Part shown: in pieces, positions 1 through 10,000 of the stretch | Layout of the letters: each line of letters starts with the position of its first letter | Position numbering within the stretch: the first letter of the stretch is position 1 | From: Candidatus Fermentibacterota bacterium | GTDB taxonomy: Bacteria; JAFGKV01 | NCBI GenBank assembly: GCA_016928395.1 | Contig: JAFGKV010000004.1 | Coordinates: forward strand, 1-47,922 | DNA length: 47,922 nucleotides | Reading direction: 5' to 3' | Program-made: the position numbers and the translations under genes | The notes under the pieces: model-generated | Told to the model about the DNA's origin: nothing | Seen by the model: the letters and a program-made list of their open reading frames with translations, nothing else | Databases searched by the model: none

Positions 1-4
1 CCCC

Positions 5-229
5 ATGACTCAGAACACCCACGACATCGACCCCGGGATTCGATCTGACGCCATCGGTCTCATCGAGCAGAACCGGGAGCGGTGTCTGTGGTTCCTCTCG
101 CCCGGCTATGTGCCTGCGTCTGCCGAAGACATGCTGAGAGTTCTCAAGTACCTGCAGCGATACGGGACCCGTGACGTGTACGTGAAAGCCCGGAATCTCG
201 CAGCCGCCCTCCGCGCGGACACCGGCTAA
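5..229 (+). CDS. Small hypothetical protein, probable partner/antitoxin of the downstream nucleotidyltransferase
   Basis: 74-aa ORF with a 'CLWF' aromatic motif; stop at 229 is 1 nt before the next ATG (231); at the window edge, so the start is uncertain. Confidence 0.55.
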   Translation: MTQNTHDIDPGIRSDAIGLIEQNRERCLWFLSPGYVPASAEDMLRVLKYLQRYGTRDVYVKARNLAAALRADTG

Positions 230-230
230 G

Positions 231-1043
231 ATGGGTATCACTCCGTTTCAGCGCGCCATATGCAGACTGATCGCTGCGAACAGAGCGCAGACCGATCAGG
301 CGTATGTGGCGGGTGGCGTTGCGCTGAATCTGCTTCTTGATGCGCCGCGGATATCCCTGGATATCGACCTCTTTCACGATACCGCTGAATCCCTGGCCAA
401 GACGTGGGACGAGGATCGGCGTCTTCTCACCGAACGCGGCTACGCCGTCGAGATCGTTCGGGAGCGCCCCTCTTTTGTCGAGGCCCTCGTCAGGAAGGGG
501 GGCGAAAGCGTCTTGATGCAGTGGACTCAGGACAGCGCCTATCGGTTCTTTCCCCTCCTCACGCACGACGATCTCGGGCTTACTCTCCATCCCTTCGACC
601 TCGCGACGAACAAGGTTCTTGCCTTGGCCGGCCGTTTGGAGCCCCGCGATTGGATTGACCTCATGGGCTGCCATCATGGCGTGCAGAGGCTTGGCTACCT
701 CGCCTGGGCTGCCTGCGGGAAGGATCCGGGATTCAGCCCTGAGGGAATCCTGAACGAGGCCAAGCGATCATCCCGCTATACCGCGGTGGAGATCGCGGAG
801 CTCTCCTTTGACGGTCCGCCACCCGATGTTGCCGCGCTGTCAGAAGAGTGGAAGTCGATGCTTTCTGAAGCCGAGGAGATCATCGGGCTGCTGCCCGTGG
901 ACACTGTCGGAACATGCGTCCTTGCGGCCGATGGGCAACTGTTTCGGGGCGGAGCCGACGAGGCTGCCCGCGCCCTTGCACGGGGCACGCTGCACTTCCA
1001 TCCAGGCAGCATACGGGGCGCGTTTCCCCGTATCGCGGCCTGA
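231..1043 (+). CDS. AbiEii/DUF1814-like nucleotidyltransferase (type IV TA toxin-like)
   Basis: Pol-beta-type motifs AGGVAL...RISLDIDLF, then 'NKVLAL' and 'RDWIDL'. Confidence 0.7.
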   Translation: MGITPFQRAICRLIAANRAQTDQAYVAGGVALNLLLDAPRISLDIDLFHDTAESLAKTWDEDRRLLTERGYAVEIVRERPSFVEALVRKGGESVLMQWTQDSAYRFFPLLTHDDLGLTLHPFDLATNKVLALAGRLEPRDWIDLMGCHHGVQRLGYLAWAACGKDPGFSPEGILNEAKRSSRYTAVEIAELSFDGPPPDVAALSEEWKSMLSEAEEIIGLLPVDTVGTCVLAADGQLFRGGADEAARALARGTLHFHPGSIRGAFPRIAA

Positions 1044-1127
1044 CCCTGCCGCCTCGCTACGGCGTGCGGCCCCGCGCTTCTTCACCCCTTCACTTCTTCA
1101 CTCCCTCCCCGACACGCCAGAGCCCCG

Positions 1128-1796
1128 CTACTCGTGGATGATGCGCACTCGATCGGCGGCGACGCTGTCTCCGACGCAGCGGGTGAAGAGGTAGCGAGCT
1201 GTGTCTTCCTCGTTGAAAGGGCCTCGGTAGTTCCACCCAAGAGGCGTGGGGTTTCCCATCCGCGCCAGGGGCATTAATCCCTCTCCCCCGCCCCCGGGGG
1301 TCTCCCGCACCGGCGCAAGCCGGGCCGCGATGTCGGCGGCTAGCTCGGCCCGGCGAGCGCCCCGGGCGGCGCCATAGAGCTCGAAGGTCTCCTTTAGGCC
1401 GGCAAGAGGCGCTGCGGACGCCACCATGTGAATCGTCTCAACACCCGTATTGTCATCCAGCCTGAGCCACGGCAGCGATCTCAGGGTTTCGCCCTCTTGC
1501 TCTCCCCGAGACGCATGGAACAGGGAGTAGTCGCCGTTGGCCATCTGGATGATCACGTACACGAAGGTATCCAGCATCCTGTGCAGTATGATCCGGATCT
1601 GATCTCCGGAGTGCATGGCAACCCCGTCCTGCACCGCAAAGAGGCTGTCCTGCCGCGATGCGGTGCGGCCGACAATCCCATACTCAAAGGTAACCGGCCC
1701 GGATGCCATAGCCTGGGGCTGGCCAGCGGCCACGCCACAAGAGAGTGCGACTATCGTCACCAGGCACGCAACCCCCGCGCCGAGACGCGAGGTCAT
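1128..1796 (-). CDS. Secreted DUF4384-like protein
   Basis: N-terminal signal peptide; 'MHSGDQIRI...FVYVI...WLRLDDNTGVETIHMVAS' pattern typical of DUF4384; ATGA overlap with the anti-sigma stop. Confidence 0.65.
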   Translation of the reverse strand: MTSRLGAGVACLVTIVALSCGVAAGQPQAMASGPVTFEYGIVGRTASRQDSLFAVQDGVAMHSGDQIRIILHRMLDTFVYVIIQMANGDYSLFHASRGEQEGETLRSLPWLRLDDNTGVETIHMVASAAPLAGLKETFELYGAARGARRAELAADIAARLAPVRETPGGGGEGLMPLARMGNPTPLGWNYRGPFNEEDTARYLFTRCVGDSVAADRVRIIHE

Positions 1797-2539
1797 GGCG
1801 TCTCTTTCGAGGAAACAACCGGCGCGATACGGAAGAGAAACACGAACCGGTTCATGACCGCGCCGTCGCCTGGGCGCACCTCTTCGACATGGAGCTCATA
1901 GTCTCCCGGGGTGAAGAACGAGCTGTGGCATGCAATGGCGAACGTCCCATAGGGGCCGTGGCCTTGGAGGCCGGCGCCGCTCCACGCCACCGCGCCCCTT
2001 GCGTCGATGATACGCGCGCGGTGGTGTGTTTCCTCGTGCGCGCGGGAGACCACATTGAACTGAAGGAGGAACCGGCCCGCGTCCTTGGGGATGACAACCG
2101 AAGGCTCTTCGCCCCTCGTCCCCTCCTCCGCCACATAGGTCAGGAGTCCGGCGGACGGCATCCGAAGCGCATGAACCTCGTGCCTGAGGGCCGCGACCCG
2201 CACCCACCCCAACGTCGCCGGGATCCCCACGATCACCGCCGCCGCGGCGGCGGCCAGAATGGGCTTCCAGGCAGGAACCGGAAGAAGCCACTGGTGGAAC
2301 CGTTTCGCGGGAACACGGAGTCGCACGACAGACGCGGCCCGTGCGGGAAGGGGCGTGGGGTGCGCCACTTCTCTCTTGACGAAACGTTTGATCTGTGAGG
2401 TCTCCTCCAGCGCCTTGAAGCACTCATCACACTGGAAGTAGTGTGCTTCCCACTCCTGCTCCTCCTCCGGGGTCAGTTCATCCCGGAGGTAGCGTTCGAT
2501 GATCTCCAGGCGCGCGACGTCATCGTGGTCAATCACCAT
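1793..2539 (-). CDS. Membrane-anchored zinc-finger (zf-HC2/ZAS) anti-sigma factor
   Basis: 'IERYLRDEL...EAHYFQCDEC' (HxxxCxxC), one TM helix (ILAAAAAAVIVGIPATLGW), extracytoplasmic beta-rich C-terminal domain; SD AAGGA upstream. Confidence 0.85.
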   Translation of the reverse strand: MVIDHDDVARLEIIERYLRDELTPEEEQEWEAHYFQCDECFKALEETSQIKRFVKREVAHPTPLPARAASVVRLRVPAKRFHQWLLPVPAWKPILAAAAAAVIVGIPATLGWVRVAALRHEVHALRMPSAGLLTYVAEEGTRGEEPSVVIPKDAGRFLLQFNVVSRAHEETHHRARIIDARGAVAWSGAGLQGHGPYGTFAIACHSSFFTPGDYELHVEEVRPGDGAVMNRFVFLFRIAPVVSSKETP

Positions 2540-2730
2540 TGCCTGGTCCTTTCACGCCCCGTCCCCGGCCGGCGTCGCTCGCGGTTCCCCGCTTGCGGTT
2601 CACGATTCTCTCTCCTCCTCATCCATCCGTCTATCGTTCCCGATTCCCAACGGCTCGTCCTTCCAGGCCGCTCCCTCACCTACTATGTTCACGGTCCGCT
2701 TCATTCGTGACATGATGACGGGGAGTGAAC

Positions 2731-3288
2731 TCACCCGGTCTCCGTCAGGCCCTTCCGAAGAGCTGCCACGGCGCGACAGACCCGTTGCCGCACGGCGTCT
2801 TCCTTCAGATTGAGTTCGGCGGCGATCTTCCGGTAGCTCCATTCCTCGCCGAACCTCAAGACCAGGAGCCGTCGCTCCGCGTCTCCCATGGAGGCCATGA
2901 GGCGTCTCAGCCGCTCGTGGGCTTCCTTCTCCAGGTGGATCGCTTCGGGGTCTTCCTCTCTGCTGCGCAATGCCGCGGTGTCGCCCAGGGGAAGAGACCG
3001 CCGCGTGTGCTGCGTCCAGCGAGTGGTGAGATTCGAGCTGATCTTGTACACATACGCCCCCGCATTGCCGGTCTCCGTCAGGCGGCCTTCCCGTACCGCC
3101 AGCAAGAGCGCCACGAATACGTCCTGCTCCAGGTCTTGGGCCGCGGCATCGTCTCCCCGTAACCTGCGCAGGATGAAGAATCGAACTCGTCCCCGGTACC
3201 GCTCCCAGAGAGAGCGCTCCGCAGCCGTGTCGCCGGCCAGTATGCCGCGGATGAGTTCGGCATCGGTCGGTGCGGCCATAGGCGGCAT
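2731..3288 (-). CDS. ECF-type RNA polymerase sigma-70 factor
   Basis: 'DAELIRGILAGDTAA', 'AQDLEQDVF' (region 2), 'LLVLRFGEEWSYRKIAAEL...AVRQRVCRA' (region 4); ATG at 3288 is 1 nt after the CHAT stop (alternative start 3279). Confidence 0.9.
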   Translation of the reverse strand: MPPMAAPTDAELIRGILAGDTAAERSLWERYRGRVRFFILRRLRGDDAAAQDLEQDVFVALLLAVREGRLTETGNAGAYVYKISSNLTTRWTQHTRRSLPLGDTAALRSREEDPEAIHLEKEAHERLRRLMASMGDAERRLLVLRFGEEWSYRKIAAELNLKEDAVRQRVCRAVAALRKGLTETG

Positions 3289-3289
3289 C

Positions 3290-6200
3290 CTAATTCCGCC
3301 CGACCAGCACGAAGGGCGCCCAGTAGTAGGGATGCCGCAGGGCAGGAACCTCGCCATGAAGGAAAGAGAGTTTCGCCTGCCGTGCAGCCTCGGCCCTGGT
3401 GGCGCCGGATGCCAGCCCGCGGTAGAACTCTTTCATCCATTGCGCGGTGGATCGATCATTCACTGGCCAGAGACTGACCAGCACCGCCTGGCTGCCGGCG
3501 TGGAAGAATGCCCGCGCCAGGCTCACCATGCCCTCTCCCGGCACAGGTTCGCCCATGGCGCTCTCGCACGACGACAAAACCATGAAGGCGGGCGATGATG
3601 CCAGTTGGAGGATTTCATCGAGCACCAGCATTCCGTCGTCTCCCGGATCGGGCCCCGGGGTGAGGACGATGCAGGACCTCCGGGGCGCCTGCACGTCGAT
3701 GAGTGAATGCGTCGCGAAGTGCGCGATCCCATGGGGCCGCTGAAGCTCGCTGACCACGCGGCCTTCATTGGCCTCCCCTCCAATGAGCATGGTACAGCGC
3801 CCCGCGTCAAAGGATACGCACACGCTCTCAGCCTCGGCCTCGGCCCAGCGCAGCAGGGGAAGTGAGCGTGACGAAGGAGGAGAGAATCCCGAAACGGCGC
3901 TGGCGCCCCCGGGCCCTGCGGAGGGGGGGCGTGTCTCAGCCACTCCCCGCGAATCCCTGATGCCGACCGCCAGCACCGAGGGCTCGCCTCCACGATCTCC
4001 TTGCCGCCATAGGGCGAGAAGGCTCGTGGCCGATGGTGCGTACGACACCACATGGGTCTCGATCAGCAATGGCCTCGCGGAATCGGGCGCCGCGGGTAAT
4101 GCCTCGAAGGGGATCGCCAGCAGCGGGCCGTCGGGCACGATGCAGATGCGCAGCCCAGGAGAGGCTCCCAGACCGCCGGCAGGAAGAATCGTGGCCGCCA
4201 GCCTTTGCCCCTCCTCGTCACAGCGGGCGCCTAGGCGGGGAGATTGGGCCGTCTCAGCCAGGAGGCGGCCCACCATCTCGGCAACGCGAGCCCGGGAGGG
4301 TAGCCGGCGCATCGCCACGGAGTCGGGAGAGACTTCCCACAGAAACGACTGCCGCTCCCCCACAAAGTACTCCAAGAGCACCGCAACGCCGTGACGTCGC
4401 ATGGCTGCCTGAAAGGATCGACACGGATCAGCGAGTGTGGCCCATTCCGGCGACCCACAAGCCTCACCTCGCGCCCGCAGGCGGTTGAGTTCGTCTTCAC
4501 GGGCGGCCGCTTCGCGACGGAGTGAATCCGCCCGGGGAGAATCCCTGGCCTCGTGCCAGATCAGCCCGCTGAGCCGGCTGATCTCCCGAACCAGCGCGGC
4601 GCGGGACGAATGGCCATGGACCTCCCGCCCTCCTGCGGCGCCCAGAAGATCCAGGAATGAACGGGCCTTGGCCCGCTCCGCGGCGACGAAGGCGCGGTGT
4701 GAGAACCCGGCGGCGGGATCCTGTTCGTGGAGCACGGCCAGAAGCCCGACGAATCGCTCGTAGACCTCCATCTTGCTGGCGAGAAACCCGAAACGCCATT
4801 CCTGTACCGACAGCATCGCACGGGAGTCCTCGATGGCCACGGCCGCCGCGTCGTACATGGCCAGAGCCTTGCGCCAGTCGCCGGCGTCTTCGTGGCAGCG
4901 AGCCAGCCCATAGCGAGTGAACCAGACCAGCTCCGGCGCCTCGCTCATTGTCGCCTGCTGGAGGCTTTCGGCGAAAAGCGTCGCAGCCTCCACCGGTCGG
5001 CCCGCCCGCAGGGTCACTTCCCCCAATGCGGCTGAGGCCAGGGCCTGACCGTGCCGGTCGGCACACTCGGCGGCCACTGCCCGCGCGTTTTGTATGGTCT
5101 GTTCGGCCAGCGGCTGATCGTCGCCTCCCAGGGCCATCCCGGCATTCAGCAGGGCCGCGGCTGTGGATTTTCCGTCGCCCAGCCGCTCGAACAGGATGGC
5201 CGCCGCCAGGAAGTGCTCCCGTGCCTCGGCTCGTCGGGCCCGCCGAAACTCCAACCCGCCAAGCGAACCCCGAGCCGCGGCAACCGTGGCGGTATCGCGC
5301 AGTGTCGTCCCCACAACGAGGGCCCGCTGGACGGCATCCTCGGCCCGTGCATGATCGCCGATGGCCATATAGGCGTTCGCCAACCCGATGGATCCGGTCG
5401 CTATCCCCAGGGAATCTCCCAGTGTCTCGGCAAGGCTTACAGAGCGGTGGAAGAGGCCCAGCGCCCGGCCCGGCTCGCCGTGATCGAGCAGCACAGACCC
5501 CAGATTGGACGCCGTCGCGGCCTCTGCCGATTGGTGGCCGAGGGTCACATGGAGCGTTCGCGCATCCTCGTAGCGCGCGATGGCAAGATCGGGCCGGCCT
5601 CGCCGGGCGGCAATGCCTCCCAACGCGTCAAGACAGGCGGCCGGGCCTTCGGGATCGTGCACGAGGCGTAGCGCACGCATCGCCGTATCCAGTGTAGTTT
5701 CGGCGCCCGACAGATCACCGAGCCGCGCCAGCGCATCGCCTCGCAGCTTCAGCGCCCACCCCTGGGCTCGCCTGTCGCCCGCCCGCGCCGCGACCGTGGC
5801 GGCGATGGCGAGCATCGCCTCCGCGCCGGCCGCATCGCCCTGCAGAAGCCTGAGATACGCCAGTTCGCACCGAACAGGCGCCTCCAGATGGGGCAGGCCA
5901 TAACCGGTGCAGAGCTGTAGAGCCTCCAGGCCTGCCGCGGCGGCGCCGGCGGTATCGCCGAGGAGGCGGCGGACAATGCAGAGGGCATCCAGGCTGCGCA
6001 CGTGCAGCTCCGGATCGCTGGATGCCATGGCCAGGGACACGGCATGCTCGGTGTGGCGCAGGGCTTCCCCATAGCGCCCCATGCCGCGCACGGCGCGAGC
6101 CATCAGCAGGCAAGGCTCTCCCCAGTTGGGCGCCAGCGCCACGGCCTGTTCGGCGCAGGCCAGCGTGGAATCCCACGCGGCGGCTTCTGCCAGAAGGAGA

Positions 6201-6763
6201 CCACGGCCCAGCAGCCGGGTGGCGGCGTACGGTTGGTCACTACCCGCATTACGGGTCTCCGCGGCGATCTCGGGCAGCGCACCCCTCCGCCGGGCGGCTT
6301 CGGCGAGATAAGCCCAGCACAGGGCGTCGCCGGGATATGACGCGGTTACGGCGCGAAGATAGGCCAATGCCGCACTGTCGTCGCCTGACGCCAGCATGAC
6401 CACGCCGATGCCGTAGCGGGCTCTTGGGTGTGAGGGCACGGCGTGCAGGGTGTCCAGCCAGGCCGCCAGAAGCCGGGTTCTCTCCACGCTGTCACCCGCA
6501 GCCACGGCAACCCTGATAACGCGCCACGGCGCAGGATCCGCCACGAGTTCCTGGCGCAGAACTCCAGTGCCCGGCAGCGGGGGGTGCGCGTCGGTGGATA
6601 CCGACCGGCGTGCAGGCTCCGTCCCACAGCCGGTAAGCACGGCGACAATCAGTGCCAACGCCGCGGCCTGATACCCCGACCACGTGACGGCCCCATGCGG
6701 GCGCGCCTCTCTCGGGGGAGGGCAGGCGTCCCAGAGACCGGGTTCAACCAGTTCCATTCTCAT
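3290..6763 (-). CDS. TPR-repeat / CHAT (caspase-HetF-like) cysteine protease
   Basis: Long TPR array, 'AERAKARSFLD', 'IVPDGPLLAIPFEAL', catalytic dyad HFATH(S) (His ~3707-3709) and LSSCES (Cys ~3566-3568), 'SLWPVND', 'HPYYWAPF'; hydrophobic lipobox-like LIVAVLTGC near the N-terminus; start uncertain (6763/6757). Confidence 0.9.
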   Translation of the reverse strand: MRMELVEPGLWDACPPPREARPHGAVTWSGYQAAALALIVAVLTGCGTEPARRSVSTDAHPPLPGTGVLRQELVADPAPWRVIRVAVAAGDSVERTRLLAAWLDTLHAVPSHPRARYGIGVVMLASGDDSAALAYLRAVTASYPGDALCWAYLAEAARRRGALPEIAAETRNAGSDQPYAATRLLGRGLLLAEAAAWDSTLACAEQAVALAPNWGEPCLLMARAVRGMGRYGEALRHTEHAVSLAMASSDPELHVRSLDALCIVRRLLGDTAGAAAAGLEALQLCTGYGLPHLEAPVRCELAYLRLLQGDAAGAEAMLAIAATVAARAGDRRAQGWALKLRGDALARLGDLSGAETTLDTAMRALRLVHDPEGPAACLDALGGIAARRGRPDLAIARYEDARTLHVTLGHQSAEAATASNLGSVLLDHGEPGRALGLFHRSVSLAETLGDSLGIATGSIGLANAYMAIGDHARAEDAVQRALVVGTTLRDTATVAAARGSLGGLEFRRARRAEAREHFLAAAILFERLGDGKSTAAALLNAGMALGGDDQPLAEQTIQNARAVAAECADRHGQALASAALGEVTLRAGRPVEAATLFAESLQQATMSEAPELVWFTRYGLARCHEDAGDWRKALAMYDAAAVAIEDSRAMLSVQEWRFGFLASKMEVYERFVGLLAVLHEQDPAAGFSHRAFVAAERAKARSFLDLLGAAGGREVHGHSSRAALVREISRLSGLIWHEARDSPRADSLRREAAAREDELNRLRARGEACGSPEWATLADPCRSFQAAMRRHGVAVLLEYFVGERQSFLWEVSPDSVAMRRLPSRARVAEMVGRLLAETAQSPRLGARCDEEGQRLAATILPAGGLGASPGLRICIVPDGPLLAIPFEALPAAPDSARPLLIETHVVSYAPSATSLLALWRQGDRGGEPSVLAVGIRDSRGVAETRPPSAGPGGASAVSGFSPPSSRSLPLLRWAEAEAESVCVSFDAGRCTMLIGGEANEGRVVSELQRPHGIAHFATHSLIDVQAPRRSCIVLTPGPDPGDDGMLVLDEILQLASSPAFMVLSSCESAMGEPVPGEGMVSLARAFFHAGSQAVLVSLWPVNDRSTAQWMKEFYRGLASGATRAEAARQAKLSFLHGEVPALRHPYYWAPFVLVGRN

Positions 6764-7071
6764 CACACCCCTGACCTGGGGGCCGGGTGCTCCGGCGGGG
6801 GATGCCAATCGTCCTCTGACACATTGACACACTAGTGCCTCCCTGCGCCTGCGGCAAGAGCCGCCATCAATGCGGAACAACGGAAGGTTGGATCTTCTGA
6901 TGGATGGACGGCGGGAAGGAATGGGGGGCGTGGGGGCTGCTCTGTTGACGGTGAGCGGCGCTCTGCTCGCGAAGTGAGCCTCCTCCCTGGATGAATGGAC
7001 CGCGGCCTGTTATCATGGGCGTCAGTTCATCCTCGCTCTTCTCGACACAGCCTACATCCAGGAGTCTTCCC

Positions 7072-10000
7072 ATGGGCCGCCTCTCTCTGTTCGTCACCCT
7101 CGCCATTCTCGCCCATACCGCCTCTGCCGGCGACTATGCACCCGGCAGACTGGTAGTAAAGCTCGAACCCGCGGCGGCGTCACAGCTGCTTTCGGGTGGT
7201 GCGACCGGAAATGCGGCGCTGGATGACTACTTCGCTGCGCTGCGGCCGCGGCAGGTCCGCCGGCTGGCCGCTGCGCGCCGCGATGGGCGCAACGAGGCGC
7301 TCCGTCGCCGGTTCGGCTCGGATGGAGTACTTGCCTTCTCCTTCACGGGAGATCGCGATCCGGCCGCCGTAGCGGCAAAGCTGGCGGACATGCCCGGTGT
7401 GGTGTACGCCCATCCGGATTACTACGCCCGTATTGCCGCCGAGCCCAACGACCCCCTCTACCCCCACCAGTATGCCATGCCGCGCATGAGCATGCCCGCG
7501 GCCTGGGACATCGCCCGAGGGTCGGCCTCGGTCATCATCGGCATCAGCGATACCGGCACCGACTGGAACCATCCCGACCTGCGCGATATCATCCGGATCA
7601 ACCCGGCCGAGGATGTCAACGGCAATAGCGTATTCGACAACTTCCCGGCCGACTCGGGCGGCGATCTTGATGGCATCGATGCCGATGGCAACGGCTATGT
7701 GGACGACGTCATCGGCTGGGACTTCGTGACCGCCGACAATGTCGCCGAGGGGGAGGACGGCCTGCCACCGGACCCGGATCCCATGGACTTCGACGGCCAC
7801 GGCACGGCCACGGCCGGGATAGCCGGCGCGGCCACGGACAACGGAGTCTTCGTTGCCGGCACCTCGTGGGGCTGCACCATCATGCCGTTGAGAACCTTCT
7901 ATCGTCACCCTTCGGGCTCGGGCACGGCGGTCGCCTCCGACATCATCGAGGCGTTCTACTACGCGGCGGACAATGGGGTTGACGTGCTCTCCATGAGCTT
8001 CCGCAGCGGCGGCTCCGAGGGCCTCGAGGACGCCGCTCTCTATGCCCATGCCGCCGGGGTGTTTCTGGTGGCCTCGGCAGGCAATGAGGGCTCGGAGACT
8101 GCGCCCGCCCCGGCCGGATACCCGCAGGTCTTGGCAGTCGCGGCCACGCAGCAACAGGATCTGAAGGCGTCCTTCTCCAACTACGGAGCCTGGGTCGGCG
8201 TGTCGGCTCCGGGGGTAGACATCTGGACCACGGCCTTTGACGACACCTACATGGCAGACTTCGGCGGCACCTCAGCTTCGTGCCCCTATGTCGCGGGCAT
8301 GGCGGGCCTGCTCCTTTCCCACAATCCTTCGCTGACCAATGTAGACCTGTACTACCGGTTGGTGGGCACCGCCGATGAGATTGACTCCGTCAACCCCGAG
8401 TTTCGCGGCGCGTTGGGCTGCGGACGGCTGAACGGCTTCCGAGCCCTCACCGAATCGCCGCATCCAGCGCTGCGGCTCGTGGCCGTGCAGGTCGACGACA
8501 CCACCGGCGGCAACGGCGATGGGTTGTTGGGACCGGGCGAAACCGCCATCCTGTCCTTTGCCGTGCGCAACTACTGGGAAGACGCCCCAACCGTGGCGGG
8601 GGCGGTGCTCTCGGCGGATCCTCACATTACCGTGGATTCGACGTCTACAGTCATGTTCGGCCCAATTCCCACCGACAGCGTGGTCGCCTCGCCTGAAGGC
8701 ATCTGCGTCACGGTCTCCACCGATGCCGAGATCGGCTATCATGTGCCGTTCACCCTAAGGCTCACTTCGGGCGCCTACACCGAAGACGTGCTCTTCCATA
8801 TACCCATGGCAGCCCAAATGCTGATCGACGCGGCGGCCGACTTCGGGTTGTCCGGTGTGTCGGGCGGTATCACCGCGGTGTTCGCGGATTACGACGGTGA
8901 TGACGATCCCGATCTCTATCGTTCGGCGTGGAGCGGGACTCCTGCGTTGTACCGCAACGACGGTGATACCCTGATCGATGTCACCGCCTCCGCCGGCCTG
9001 CCGGTCTCGGGCCAGGGCCAAGGCGCCGCGTGGGGCGACTATGACAATGACGGCGACCCCGACCTCGCCCGGGGCACCGCCGCCGGATTAGCCCTGTTTC
9101 GCAATGACGATGGCGTCTTCACCGACGTGAGCGCCTCGGCGGGTTTTTCCTCTTCCTCGCCGCGCAACTTCGCACCCGTGTGGGGCGACTTCGATAATGA
9201 CGGCTGGCTGGACTTGTTCGTGACGCATCAGCAGCAGGTCAACCAACTCTTGTGCAACAATGGTGACGGCACCTTCACCGACGTTGCGAGCACGGCCGGA
9301 GTGGCGAGCGATTCGGTCTCGTACGGCGCATCGTGGGCCGATTTCGATCGCGACGGCGATCTGGACCTGTTCGTGGCCAATTACGGGTCTGTGTGGCAAG
9401 GGCAGGTGAACCAGTTCTATGTAAACCAGGGCGACGGCACCTTCCTGGAGTGCGCTGCCTCGCTGGGATTGGCTGATGAGGCCCTCATCTCCACAGGTGG
9501 CCTCTGGGGCGATTACGACGGCGACGGCTGGCTCGACCTGTACGTCACCAACAAGGGTTCGGCAGGCCAACCCAACCGCCTCTACAGGAACATCCAGGGA
9601 GCCGGGTTCGTGCGCCAGCCGCAGGCGGGGCTGGAGGATCCGCGCAGTTCCTCCAGCGCCGCCTGGGTCGATTTCGATGGCGATGGGCGGCTTGATCTCC
9701 TCGTGTCCAATACACAAGGAGGAGCTCTCTACCGGAATTTCGGCAGCACCTTTGGCGATGCCACCGAGAGCGCGCCCCTGGCCTTCAATGGGCTGGTAGC
9801 GGCTGTCGCCGATTTGGATGGTGATGGCGACGACGATATCTACGTGGGCAGTCCCGCCGGAGACCGGATCCTTCTCAACCTGTCCGATCCGGCCTCAGCC
9901 CTGCGAGTATGCCTGGAAGGGGCCCCTGGGCCGTGGGGAAGCCCGCGGGATGCCGCGGGTGCGCGAGTGACATTGGACGGCTGCCGGCGGGTCACCAGGA

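Noticed and set aside
1075-1105. cttcac x3 pyrimidine-rich microrepeat
   Set aside because: Short low-complexity sequence between convergent genes with no further support
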